The position numbers and the translations under genes are program-made. A stretch of 64,000 nt of DNA, taken from the IMG/VR virus record IMGVR_UViG_3300017655_000275; one strand, written 5' to 3'. Each line of letters starts with the position of its first letter. Within the stretch, counting starts at the first letter, position 1. Origin of the DNA: a virus. Lineage: Duplodnaviria > Heunggongvirae > Uroviricota > Caudoviricetes. Shown here in pieces: positions 1-9,477 of the stretch. Under the pieces are notes generated by a model. That model worked only from the letters and a program-made list of their open reading frames with translations. It ran no database searches and had not been told where the DNA came from.

Positions 1-387
1 GCGACGATGAGGCTACGGCGGGAGTCTCGGGTCTCCGGCGCCTTTTCGGTTTTCATCGCGCCGCTTGACGGTCCGCCGTTCAAGAGGACGATTACATGCG
101 CTCCCGCCCAGGATACTGCGCTCTTCCTGCGTCTGAATCGCGCCCTCTGGCGCCAGGCGTGGCGAGACATCCGGCATCACAGGATCATCTCGATCGGTAT
201 CCACCTGGGAGCCGTCGCATTGCTCGATGCGCGCCCCGGAGACTTTCTCCTCGGGATCGAGCCAGGCAGGCCCACCAGCGGAGAGAAGCTGGGAACCATG
301 CTCGATCGCATCAATGACCGGTTCGGGATGGGCACGATACGTTATGGCCTGAACCGGCCTCATGAAGGCTTTTTCGAGAAAGGCTGA
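1..387 (+). CDS. Y-family DNA polymerase (DinB/UmuC-like), C-terminal part, 5' truncated by window edge
   Basis: Frame is open from base 1; C-terminal LDRINDRFGMGTIRYG and preceding little-finger-like segment resemble DinB/UmuC C-termini. Confidence 0.6.
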   Translation, partial: ATMRLRRESRVSGAFSVFIAPLDGPPFKRTITCAPAQDTALFLRLNRALWRQAWRDIRHHRIISIGIHLGAVALLDARPGDFLLGIEPGRPTSGEKLGTMLDRINDRFGMGTIRYGLNRPHEGFFEKG

Positions 388-509
388 CAACGCGCCGAGA
401 CGTATGAAGCGAATGCCGTGAACCGCCCCGATTGTGTAGGATTGTCGGATCATGCGAAAATTATGGATAACATCGCCATATCCTGCTAAAACATCTCCGT
501 AGCAGATGG

Positions 510-1895
510 ATGACGCAGCGAAGCACCATGACAATGACCACGCCCTCCGAAGAGTTTCTCGCCAGGAACAATGCCATGAACTGCGGCTTTCTCCTTGTCG
601 AGCGGGAGAATTTTTCCCGGGGTCGTGATCTGTTCGGTTCAAGATCACCGGTTCTGACCTGTCGCAGGGTGACGGTTTTCGCCGGCAAGATCGGCGATGA
701 TGGAGCGGATACGGTCCCCGGAGATGAGGTTCTGTCACTGCTGATGACCGATGAAGCATTTGCCGGTCTTGCATTCGGAAGCGGCGCCTATGCGCCTCCC
801 GCGACCGTGGACCGGGCTGCCGGTGAGCAGATCATGCCATATGATGTCTCATGGCGAGAAGGTATCGAGGCGCGGGCAGTGGAGAGCCTCACCTCGCTGG
901 ACCAGCCGCGCAGGGTCAGAGCCCAGGCTGACATTGTCAGGGAGATCGTGGCAGGAAAGGGTTTCGTCTCAAAGACGGAAGGGCAGGCCCTTGGCTTCAG
1001 TCTTCTTTGCTACGCCGAGAACCTTTTCCGAGACGCGGAATTCGAACTGGAGGAATATGCGAAGGCAACGATCCTTGGTGCGGTCAGCGACAGGATCAGC
1101 ATGTCGGCATCCGTCTCCCACGCCGACGGTATTATCGAAAGAATTCAGGAGGAGCGCGGACTTGTCGAAGACCATTCCGGGCACCCCCTCAGCAACTGGC
1201 TTCTGGAGTTGATGACAAACGGCCGGACGGACCCCCGGCAGATGTGCGTGACGAACCACCAGACCTCTGGTGCACTGAATGGGCATAGCGATATGCCAGA
1301 CGCGGTAAACTTCCTCAGCCTTTCCTTCGGACCTCCGATGCGCGGCCAGGGCGAACGGCTGAATGATGAAGACAGACTCTATCCGGACACCGAATCCCTT
1401 CGCCTGAGAATTACCGCCAAGGAAATGATCATGGCTATCGAAAACGGTGCCCATGGCGATCCGGTCCGTTGCGAAATCGAGAGGATCACCGGACTTAACC
1501 ATCATGTCCGGCATGCATATCGCAGTCCGTGGGGAGAGCTGCCGGCGTTGACCCCCGATACAGGCAGTCGAACCGAGGATCTGGATCGGGAAGCTGTCAT
1601 GGCCGCGGCCAGGAGTATCGCGGAGGAACTCAGGCTCGGAGCTTCGGCCAGGAAGGGTCATGCAGATCTTGCCGATCGCATGAACGCCCTGGCCGAGCAC
1701 ATGGAAGACGTCGCCAGATCATTCGAGCGCAAGACGAGAAAGGATCGAGAGCGCATCCGAGACGAGGTGGCCGAGATGTCGATGCGCGAGATCCGCGGAA
1801 GTCGGATACTCGGAAAAATTGCCGCGATCAGGGAGGAAATGCAGATCACTGCCGAGATCGGAAAATCCAGCCATGCAGGACCCGGGTTTCTGTAG
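510..1895 (+). CDS. Hypothetical protein, 461 aa, internal duplicated motif and C-terminal coiled coil
   Basis: Long ORF with genome-like codon usage; no recognised family. Confidence 0.75.
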   Translation: MTQRSTMTMTTPSEEFLARNNAMNCGFLLVERENFSRGRDLFGSRSPVLTCRRVTVFAGKIGDDGADTVPGDEVLSLLMTDEAFAGLAFGSGAYAPPATVDRAAGEQIMPYDVSWREGIEARAVESLTSLDQPRRVRAQADIVREIVAGKGFVSKTEGQALGFSLLCYAENLFRDAEFELEEYAKATILGAVSDRISMSASVSHADGIIERIQEERGLVEDHSGHPLSNWLLELMTNGRTDPRQMCVTNHQTSGALNGHSDMPDAVNFLSLSFGPPMRGQGERLNDEDRLYPDTESLRLRITAKEMIMAIENGAHGDPVRCEIERITGLNHHVRHAYRSPWGELPALTPDTGSRTEDLDREAVMAAARSIAEELRLGASARKGHADLADRMNALAEHMEDVARSFERKTRKDRERIRDEVAEMSMREIRGSRILGKIAAIREEMQITAEIGKSSHAGPGFL

Positions 1896-1935
1896 GTGGC
1901 GGAGAACAGGCTGAAGTATCAGGGAGCACTGACGC

Positions 1936-2481
1936 ATGACCATGCAATCCTGCCACACCGAAGGCATGTTGACCAATCGCCGCAGCGAACATCTGTTCCT
2001 GTGGCATGACCCGCTCTGCATCGGACAGCGCCGTAAATTCGAATTCACGCTCGAGATCTTCAACTGCCATGAAACGACCAGCAAATGGCATATGCTGGTC
2101 GGAAATGTCGAGTTGAAGTCCGGAAGCGCCCACAACGATTTCTATGGATTTGGCACATCCTCCGAATGCGCCATCGAATCCGCTGAAGCGGCCCATGAGA
2201 CGGTGCAAGGACGGGGCGTCGATGTGATCGTCAGGACATGCCTGGAGATGTGTCCTGTCTTCCTGCCGGAGAAGATGGATACAGGGTTACGCCGGCGTCG
2301 CACCGTGGAGGTCTTCCGGGTGCCCGCGACCTGGTATCTCCGCGAAGAGGGCAGCCTTCGCGATGCCGCCACATTCGAGGTGTGGAAAAACGGAAACCGA
2401 GGCAAGGATGCCGATCAATACGACCTGATGGTCTCCCGTCTCAAGGAGGCGGATATCGCCGGAAAACTGCGGGCAAGGTAA
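1936..2481 (+). CDS. Hypothetical protein, 181 aa
   Basis: ORF with GGAG upstream, same strand as neighbours. Confidence 0.65.
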   Translation: MTMQSCHTEGMLTNRRSEHLFLWHDPLCIGQRRKFEFTLEIFNCHETTSKWHMLVGNVELKSGSAHNDFYGFGTSSECAIESAEAAHETVQGRGVDVIVRTCLEMCPVFLPEKMDTGLRRRRTVEVFRVPATWYLREEGSLRDAATFEVWKNGNRGKDADQYDLMVSRLKEADIAGKLRAR

Positions 2482-2555
2482 TGGCCACCGCGACCTGAAA
2501 GACCATATGCATTTCCAATGCGGCCGGAAACCAACCTAAAACTGTGGATCCCGGG

Positions 2556-2585
2556 TTGATATGTCATGCGAAAAAATAGTATGGT
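2556..2585 (+). promoter_or_regulatory. Candidate sigma70 promoter of cas operon
   Basis: TTGATA-N18-TATGGT upstream of cas8f; spacer contains the ATGCGAAAA motif. Confidence 0.5.
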
Positions 2586-2618
2586 AAGCCGGATAGCAAT
2601 AAGGACTTCATTTCCTTC

Positions 2619-3719
2619 ATGTCTGAACCGGCAGCCGGCAGGATGCGGCGGCTCGTGTTGGGTTGTAATGATCCAGGGCAGCCCTATCCTGTGACGGAGA
2701 TCCTCAGGGTCTTCTCCGATCGAAAAATCGCCGCCGGGCAGGCGGATAATACAGAGTCCTTCGCCGCTGTGGCGCGGAATTCCGGCACCCATAACATGAA
2801 GGCCCTTGCGCCTAGGGCCAAGGATTACGTGATCCGGGCCACCGCAGCAGGAAATGCGCATCAAAGGCGTTGGTTACCTTTCGGGAATGGCCATCTGGCG
2901 AAGTATGCGAAAATAATCTTCATGCCGATCGCCATCGATGGTGCCGGACCGGCGCGTTCGCTTGTCGATCACGTCCTGGAACCGGACGAATGGTCCGATC
3001 TCGTCTTTGCCTCCTTCATCAACGCGTTCAGTCTTGAAAGCCTTTTGGCCATTCAGGATGGCCTTTCTGAACGCAGGAAGTTCGTGAGCGATATCAGGGA
3101 TCCCGGCATCCCTGTCACATTCATTCCCGGTCCGGACGGAGCCGACCTTCAGGTCACTCCGGTCAGCCCTATGGCCATGTTCAACGAATTCGCCGAGGAG
3201 CTGAAGACCGCGGATCGTCGTATTCCGGTCTGTTATCAGATGGTCTCGACGAAGCCACTCAACATCTCTGTCGCATTCGGCGGCATGAGAAAAAAATTCC
3301 ATGCGAAATTTCCGGAAAGGTTGAGCCCGCGATATGCGGCGGCCTGGAAGATCGTAAAGGGTGGGCATTTTCCCCCGCTTGACGATGAACAGGTCAGGCA
3401 GTTGATCGTGACATTTGCAGAGATGTATGCGCGCGAGCGTCTCGCCGCTTCCGGTGAAGCCTTCGTCAACGCACGGATGCGGATCGGGCTCGACCGGCTC
3501 GGCCATTGGATCATCGACCTTCTTCACGATCATCTGGAGGAAATCCGGGAGACGGTCCTGGAAGTCGATCCCCAATGCGAGCCGCGCTGTCAGGATCCGG
3601 TCGCGCTCCTCTGTAATGGGTATTGGGCCGACAAGGATCAGCGCGACAGGGTCCGGCAGGCATTGCGTTCCGCACGCTTCACATCCCTGCTCGAAAGGCG
3701 GGAATTGCCATGCGCGTGA
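2619..3719 (+). CDS. cas8f: Type I-F Cas8f (Csy1)-like large subunit, divergent
   Basis: GTHNMKALAPRAK resembles Csy1 THxxKxxHPxA; LQVTPVSP segment; first gene of a csy2-csy3-csy4 run. Confidence 0.6.
   Translation: MSEPAAGRMRRLVLGCNDPGQPYPVTEILRVFSDRKIAAGQADNTESFAAVARNSGTHNMKALAPRAKDYVIRATAAGNAHQRRWLPFGNGHLAKYAKIIFMPIAIDGAGPARSLVDHVLEPDEWSDLVFASFINAFSLESLLAIQDGLSERRKFVSDIRDPGIPVTFIPGPDGADLQVTPVSPMAMFNEFAEELKTADRRIPVCYQMVSTKPLNISVAFGGMRKKFHAKFPERLSPRYAAAWKIVKGGHFPPLDDEQVRQLIVTFAEMYARERLAASGEAFVNARMRIGLDRLGHWIIDLLHDHLEEIRETVLEVDPQCEPRCQDPVALLCNGYWADKDQRDRVRQALRSARFTSLLERRELPCA
2731..2745 (+). repeat. Third copy of the CRISPR-repeat hairpin core CCGCCGGGCAGGCGG, inside cas8f
   Basis: Exact 15-bp match to cores at 9392-9406 and 9455-9469. 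Confidence 0.8.
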
Positions 3720-4540
3720 TGATTTCAAACCTGATCGCCTATGATGTGAACCTGTCGCAGAACGATATGGTGGGAGGAATGCCGGCGATTTCGGCCTTCC
3801 TGGGTTTGGGATCAGTGCTTCTGCACGATGCCGGGTTCGACCGCTGGGAAGTCCGTGTTCTTCCCGTCATTCATGATTTGCAGAGAACGATGGGCCGCAC
3901 CAGGCCGGAATTGAGGATGGCCGACAAGACAGTGTCCGAGGGCTGGATGCTTGAGGATATGCCCGGCACCGTAAGGTTTTCGCTGATCCTGGACCTGCCG
4001 GGGCCCTGCGAGATCGACGACCTCATCATGTCACTCGAGGGAAGGCGCCTTGCGGGAGGCGTCATTTTCCCGGACCGGGTGGAAACGGGCCTGAAGGTGG
4101 CGGTCATATCGAAAGATGGAAAGGGCCTTCGCGGGCTTCGTCGCGGCAGGGCAGTCATCCCGGTGCCCAATTCGCCCGTGACCTTTGGTGACCCGGGCAC
4201 GATCCTGCCGGTCGGAATTGCCTATAGCCCGGCAGATCCGGAACCCGGACGACCGTGCAGCGATTTTCCGTCCTTTCCAGGTTTCATGGTCCCATGTGCG
4301 ATCGGTTATCGTTTCCTCAGCCGACCGGGCGAGGTGCCCAAAATGAAGGGCTTGCGAAAACCGGATATCCCACATGCTTTCGTGGAGCCGGGGGCCGGAA
4401 TTGCCGAACTCCTGTCGGTTCGAAATCCGCGCCTGACGGGGGCAAGCGAGACATGTCTCGATGAACTGTTCTGGCGTTGGTGCACAGGCCACGACCATGT
4501 CACGTTTCATCCGGCCTACAATCCAGATCACAAGGAGTGA
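3710..4540 (+). CDS. cas5f: Type I-F Cas5f (Csy2)
   Basis: GMPAISAFLG, RLAGGVI, PCAIGYRFL, HAFVEP motifs typical of Csy2; overlaps cas8f stop. Confidence 0.8.
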   Translation: MRVMISNLIAYDVNLSQNDMVGGMPAISAFLGLGSVLLHDAGFDRWEVRVLPVIHDLQRTMGRTRPELRMADKTVSEGWMLEDMPGTVRFSLILDLPGPCEIDDLIMSLEGRRLAGGVIFPDRVETGLKVAVISKDGKGLRGLRRGRAVIPVPNSPVTFGDPGTILPVGIAYSPADPEPGRPCSDFPSFPGFMVPCAIGYRFLSRPGEVPKMKGLRKPDIPHAFVEPGAGIAELLSVRNPRLTGASETCLDELFWRWCTGHDHVTFHPAYNPDHKE

Positions 4541-4544
4541 CCCA

Positions 4545-5675
4545 TTGATTCCGGTGAATTTCGAAGCTGGGCTTCGGTCGGCGAAGCATGGTTTCATGCG
4601 TTCGGTCCAGGCCTCATATGCCAGAATGTATGCAAGCTTGCCAGGCGGATACCGCAAACCGATTTCCGTCGATACCATCGGGATTTCCGGGGTGATCACC
4701 AATGCTCCGGGCGTGAAGGGGAAAGACGTCAAGGAAGGCCGGAACAGCCGTCAGCTTGTCGATCGGGCGATTATCCCGTTCGGGGCGATCGGACTCGAGA
4801 TCGAGTTTCACCTCCGCTTCATGCCGATGAGCTGGACACCGACCTTCTGCGATGATCCGGATGTGGATGACAACTACCGCAGTCTTGTGGACGCCTATAT
4901 CTCGAAAGGCGGATATCGCAATATTGCCCTGCTCTATGCCAACAACATCCTCAATGGCCGCTTCGCATGGCGGAACAGGCAAATGACCGACCGGGCGCAG
5001 ATCATCATATCCTTCGACGGGGTGATGATCTTCAGCGTCGATCCGCTCAAACTGAAACTCAGCCGCATGCATGGTATCGATGATCTGAAATCGGCCGTCA
5101 TCACCGGCAACCCCGATCGGATCGATGACTTCCTGGACCTGATCTCCCGTGGGCTTTCCGAAGCACCGACAAGCATTACGGTTACCTGGCGTTCAAGCAT
5201 GTTCGAAGGGGAAGAGGTGTTCCCATCGCAGAGGCTGCCGGCGAGCGACATGGAGGATCGTTTCAAGAACAAGGACGTCTTTGCAAACAGCCGACCCTAT
5301 ATGTCGGAAAGATGCTTCCACGAAGGTTTTCCGGTCAAACAGGCCGTCATGACAGCCCACAAGATCACAAACGCGATCCACACGATCGACCACTGGCACG
5401 GAAGCCACAGGCATGGTCCTATCTATGTCAGCGCCTATGGCGGAGTTCAGCGAACCAATGAGGCCTTGCGTGGCAGGGAGGCGCCGGCGCGCAGTTTCTT
5501 CGAGATCCGGGATGACCTTTCTTCCCTGATTGCCGATTTAGGCAGGGAGTGCGATGAAATGTCCGGAGATACCCATTTCTTCTTTGCATGTATCGCCAGA
5601 GGCGGCGTCTACTCGCAGGCGAAAACGACGGCCGCGGAAATGAAAGCTACCGAACGGGAGTTGGCCGATGCGTGA
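4545..5675 (+). CDS. cas7f: Type I-F Cas7f (Csy3); probable TTG start behind AAGGAG
   Basis: YANNILNGRFAWRNR, EVFPSQ, KITNAIHTIDHW, HFFFACIARGGVY match Csy3 motifs. Confidence 0.9.
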   Translation: MIPVNFEAGLRSAKHGFMRSVQASYARMYASLPGGYRKPISVDTIGISGVITNAPGVKGKDVKEGRNSRQLVDRAIIPFGAIGLEIEFHLRFMPMSWTPTFCDDPDVDDNYRSLVDAYISKGGYRNIALLYANNILNGRFAWRNRQMTDRAQIIISFDGVMIFSVDPLKLKLSRMHGIDDLKSAVITGNPDRIDDFLDLISRGLSEAPTSITVTWRSSMFEGEEVFPSQRLPASDMEDRFKNKDVFANSRPYMSERCFHEGFPVKQAVMTAHKITNAIHTIDHWHGSHRHGPIYVSAYGGVQRTNEALRGREAPARSFFEIRDDLSSLIADLGRECDEMSGDTHFFFACIARGGVYSQAKTTAAEMKATERELADA

Positions 5676-6339
5676 TCATGTGAATGAACATGGGGGGATA
5701 GGACTGAGCGCAGGCAAGGGAACCTGTCCTCTGGAATCCATGCTCGTGGTGGACATGGATGCGCAATCGCTTGAGATGGGCTTGGGGAAAACACTTCTCA
5801 AGGTGATCTTCAACGCCGCGCACCGGATAAACCGCCACAGCAGGACCGATGATTTTGTCGCCCTGCAGCTTCCCGATCTCGGAAGCCGTGCAGGCGTGAA
5901 GGGTATCGACACGGCTGGTTCGAGAGTATGTCTGTTCGGCAGACGATCCACTCTGGACAAGGTGATCCAGGATCTGGATTTCCTGCGCTTCGAGAAACGG
6001 CAGAGCCTGGAGTTCACCTTCGGGAAGATCCCTGCGGATTGCCAGGCTCGTGCCCTGGTTCGCAATAGGGCATGCGAAAAATTCTCCCCCGGAAGAGCCA
6101 AACGAGATGCGGCCCGTCGGGAACGCAGACAGGCCCATATTACAGCGACCTCCGGGCAGTATTCGGACAACAGGAAAGCCAGACCGCAACGGGATTTCCA
6201 TATCCAGCTCGACTCCGGTGTCTGCCTGGACATCCTCGCGGTGGATGGAGGCCCCTTGGCCACCGAAGTCTCGGTTTCCACCTATGGGTTATCGTCCGCA
6301 GCCGAGCCGCAATTCCTGCCTCTCGTCCCGTCGCTGTGA
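5668..6339 (+). CDS. cas6f: Type I-F Cas6f (Csy4) crRNA-processing RNase
   Basis: N-terminal His (NAAH), VALQLPDL, C-terminal STYGLS...FLP; position after cas7f. Confidence 0.75.
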   Translation: MRDHVNEHGGIGLSAGKGTCPLESMLVVDMDAQSLEMGLGKTLLKVIFNAAHRINRHSRTDDFVALQLPDLGSRAGVKGIDTAGSRVCLFGRRSTLDKVIQDLDFLRFEKRQSLEFTFGKIPADCQARALVRNRACEKFSPGRAKRDAARRERRQAHITATSGQYSDNRKARPQRDFHIQLDSGVCLDILAVDGGPLATEVSVSTYGLSSAAEPQFLPLVPSL

Positions 6340-6344
6340 GCACC

Positions 6345-9287
6345 ATGAACGATCGCCTTCATGCCCTGCTTGCCTCGATCCGTGTCGCTGCACTGTTTCA
6401 TGACCTTGGGAAAGCCACCAGGGTTTTCCAGGAAAAGCTCCGTCTTGCCATAGCTGGAGGGCGGGCAGCACCCGACCCTGTCCGACATGAGCTCCTGTCG
6501 GCCCTGATCTGGGACCAGCTTTGCGAGCGCAGGAGCGAGGCGGAAATCCTGGTCATGCTGCGCCGTATCAAGCCTGCCGATATTGACAGGGCATACGGAA
6601 AGGCAGTGCGCTCCGCGATCGAAATCCAGATGAAGGCGCGCAAGCTGCGCATGACCAATGTCTCGATTGACTTCAAATTCAATGCCAATGGCGGCCTGTC
6701 CCAGGCTGTCGGACTATTGATCCTGAACCATCACCATTTGCCCGGGCTGAGTGAAACCGGGCTGCGTTTCACCGCGGAAAACCACATCGCGTTGCAGGAC
6801 GTCTTCCGCTCTGGCGACCTCGATCACCACAATGCTCCGCGCTGCTGGCATGAAGACCGATGGATCTCGGGATTGCGCAAGCAGGCATCGATCCTGGAGG
6901 TGAACTCTGTCGATCCACTGATGGTGGATCTGTTCGGTCGAACGGTTCTCATGATGGCCGATCATCTCGCCTCGGCCAGGAAGGTGCCGTCAGATGGCCA
7001 TGGCCTGCTGGCCAATACCTTCATCACTGATGATGGTGATTGTCTTCCCGCGGACAGCCTGATCACCCATACCATGAAGGTGACCAATCATGTTACCGGA
7101 GCGTTCTCCGCGCTCATGGGAAGCCGTAATTGCTACCCCTCCATCCTGCAGGAAGACCTGCCCTCGAGCGTGATGCCAGAGGCAGATGAGACGGCCGGTC
7201 GTTTTCGGTGGCAGGGCAGGGCAGCAGAAGCTGCGAGAAGGATTGCATCTGAGGGGGGCGGTTTCTTTGCCTGCGTCATGGCCGGGACCGGCGCCGGAAA
7301 GACCAGGGCTGCGCCCAGCATCCTGGCCGCAGCGGCCGCCGGCGAGCCAGACCGGAACCGGAGACACCTGCGGTTCACCTTGGCTCTGGGCCTGCGGACA
7401 CTGGCCACGCAATCCGGAAAGGAATATCTCCGCGATCTCGGCTTCATGAACCATGACGTCGCGATCATGGTTGGCCAGCCGCCGATCGAGTTCCGGAGCC
7501 CTGCGCAGGAGGGGATGAAAGATCTGGACGGCATCGAACTCCTCGATGCCTATGGCAACCACCTTGTCGATGATCCCAGCCGGATCGTTCCGGGGTTCAT
7601 CCGTTCCATGGCGAGATCGGGCGGTCTGTCACGGGGCAGGAAACTCATGAGCCTTGCTGCGGCGCCGGTGATCTGCGCGACGATCGATCATCTGATCGCC
7701 GCAGCATCGCCGCTCGGCTCGAACCATCTCGCGGCATCCCTGCGTGTCATGACATCCGATCTGATCATCGATGAAGTCGACCAGTTCGGCTCCGAGGATT
7801 TTTCCGTCGTTGCGCGGCTTGTCAATCTTGCCGGACACTCCGGCAGGAAAGTCATGGTCATGTCCGCAACGATAACCCGGCAGATGGCCTGTGTCCTTGC
7901 TGAAAGCTATAGCCGCGGGTGGGCCGAACATGCGCGGCTGTTCAACGCACAGCGCCATGTGAACTACCTCTGCACCTCGGATGCTGATCAGGTGGAGGCA
8001 TGCCTGACAACGAGGGTGGATGGGGGATTCCGGTCGATATTCGAGACGGTGAGCTCGGCTACGATCGAAGCCCTTTCGAAGGCGCCGGCCTGCCGGAGCG
8101 CTGAGATCCTCCCGTTGGAGTCTCATGTCGATGTTCCGGCCGTCGTCGGCGATTGCATCTCCAGGATGCATGACCGTCACGCCTCCGACATCGAGGGCTA
8201 CAGGGTCAGTTTCGGATTTGTCCGCCTGACGAGGGTCAGCCATACGGCTGAGCTCGCTCGTGTCCTGCCGATGGATGTGGAGGGAAGGCTCCGGCTCGTT
8301 CTCTGCCTTCACTCCAGGTTTCCACGACTTCACCGATCCTGGATCGAGGACCAGCTGCGCGGATCCCTGACAAGGAAAGGAGCCGATCCGCATGCCGGGC
8401 TAGCAGCCTTCTGCAGGGATCACGAGGTTTTTGATCGCGCCGATGCCCGCTCGACAAGGGAGATCGAACTGGTTCTGATCTGCTCTCCTGTGATCGAGAC
8501 CGGGAACGATCTGGATTTCGACTATGCCATCCTTGATCCATCGAGCACCAGATCCATCATTCAGTCCAGCGGGCGGGTCGTCAGACACCGGATGATTTCA
8601 GTCCACGAACCCAACATCGCGATCCTCGGTCGCCCCCTGGTCAGCTTCGACAAGGGAAGAGTAGAGATGCCGGGCGTAGAGACCGACAATCCGGAAGCGA
8701 CGAGGGTTTCCCGGCTCGACCTTGCCGAGTTCGGCATCGCCAAGCCCCTGAGCCGGGAGCTGTTCGACGGCCCGGATCTTTCGAAGATCGATGCATCCTG
8801 GATCCTGGACCGGATGGTCACTTGTCCGCTTCTTGCGGCAGAGATGGATCACGTCGGCCGCTTCCTGTGCGGCGATGAGGCAGGCCTCGATAACTGGATG
8901 GTCGATATCCTGCGCCGCAACAGTTCAAGGCAGGCAATGATGCGCCGCTTCCGCCGATCAATTTCGGAAAATGTCACCGTCCTCATCGCAGATGATGAAG
9001 CTGGCCGGCCAACATGGATGGTCGATCGGAATCCTCTCTCGGTGGAAAAACTCCTGGAGCCCGCCACCCTGGAGGTCGAGGAGGAGCCTCGCCATCTGAT
9101 CGTCCCGGATATCGCAGGGCGCGCCTGGACGGACAGGCATGGCAAGGATGCGGAGGTCACGCCGGAAAGATTGCGTGAGGCGAGCGAGATTGGCTGGCCG
9201 ATCTATTTCGGTTCGGAAACCGGCAAGATGATCTATTCAGAGGCGCTCGGACTCCGGCGAGAGAACAGCAGAGGAATCTTTTCCTAA
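6345..9287 (+). CDS. cas3: Cas3 HD nuclease-SF2 helicase, type I-F-like, without N-terminal Cas2 domain
   Basis: LFHDLGKA 16 aa from start, NHHH, ADHLAS, Walker A AGTGAGKT, DEVD, MSAT, IIQSSGRVVRHR. Confidence 0.93.
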   Translation: MNDRLHALLASIRVAALFHDLGKATRVFQEKLRLAIAGGRAAPDPVRHELLSALIWDQLCERRSEAEILVMLRRIKPADIDRAYGKAVRSAIEIQMKARKLRMTNVSIDFKFNANGGLSQAVGLLILNHHHLPGLSETGLRFTAENHIALQDVFRSGDLDHHNAPRCWHEDRWISGLRKQASILEVNSVDPLMVDLFGRTVLMMADHLASARKVPSDGHGLLANTFITDDGDCLPADSLITHTMKVTNHVTGAFSALMGSRNCYPSILQEDLPSSVMPEADETAGRFRWQGRAAEAARRIASEGGGFFACVMAGTGAGKTRAAPSILAAAAAGEPDRNRRHLRFTLALGLRTLATQSGKEYLRDLGFMNHDVAIMVGQPPIEFRSPAQEGMKDLDGIELLDAYGNHLVDDPSRIVPGFIRSMARSGGLSRGRKLMSLAAAPVICATIDHLIAAASPLGSNHLAASLRVMTSDLIIDEVDQFGSEDFSVVARLVNLAGHSGRKVMVMSATITRQMACVLAESYSRGWAEHARLFNAQRHVNYLCTSDADQVEACLTTRVDGGFRSIFETVSSATIEALSKAPACRSAEILPLESHVDVPAVVGDCISRMHDRHASDIEGYRVSFGFVRLTRVSHTAELARVLPMDVEGRLRLVLCLHSRFPRLHRSWIEDQLRGSLTRKGADPHAGLAAFCRDHEVFDRADARSTREIELVLICSPVIETGNDLDFDYAILDPSSTRSIIQSSGRVVRHRMISVHEPNIAILGRPLVSFDKGRVEMPGVETDNPEATRVSRLDLAEFGIAKPLSRELFDGPDLSKIDASWILDRMVTCPLLAAEMDHVGRFLCGDEAGLDNWMVDILRRNSSRQAMMRRFRRSISENVTVLIADDEAGRPTWMVDRNPLSVEKLLEPATLEVEEEPRHLIVPDIAGRAWTDRHGKDAEVTPERLREASEIGWPIYFGSETGKMIYSEALGLRRENSRGIFS

Positions 9288-9346
9288 GCGTTGTGGCGTT
9301 GCTCCTCACCTGGAAAGTGGGGCGGTTCCAAGCGCAATAAAATCCG

Positions 9347-9375
9347 TTGCGAAACATTTTCTCATGATATAAAAT
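9347..9375 (+). promoter_or_regulatory. sigma70 promoter of the mini-array
   Basis: TTGCGA(9347-52)-N17-TAAAAT(9370-75); predicted +1 near 9382, just before repeat 1. Confidence 0.7.
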
Positions 9376-9386
9376 ATTGATGTCGG

Positions 9387-9477
9387 AAGATCCGCCGGGC
9401 AGGCGGCTGAAAGATGTTTTCTCCCGACGCAGTCGCTTATCAGCGATTTCATACCCGCCGGGCAGGCGGATCTTCAA
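9387..9477 (+). CRISPR. Degenerate one-spacer type I-F-like mini-array (repeat-spacer-repeat)
   Basis: Two CCGCC-GGGCA-GGCGG hairpins (5-bp stem, 5-nt loop, as in I-F repeats) 63 bp apart; repeat 1 is followed by handle-like CTGAAAGA; adjacent to cas3. Confidence 0.7.

Noticed and set aside
2495-2502. CTGAAAGA (same as the repeat-1 handle) upstream of cas8f
   Set aside because: No preceding hairpin; an 8-mer is expected by chance
2556-2577. Partial match of the mini-array spacer to the cas promoter (minus strand TTTTTTCGCATGAC vs TGTTTTCTCCCGAC)
   Set aside because: Only about 11/17 matches, driven by a T run, with seed mismatches and no CC PAM; not enough to claim CreR-type autorepression
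6072-6344. Extra 91 aa at the N-terminus of the 1071-aa Cas3 ORF as a possible Cas2 domain
   Set aside because: It overlaps cas6f in another frame and has no Cas2-like ferredoxin pattern; ATG 6345 follows the cas6f stop
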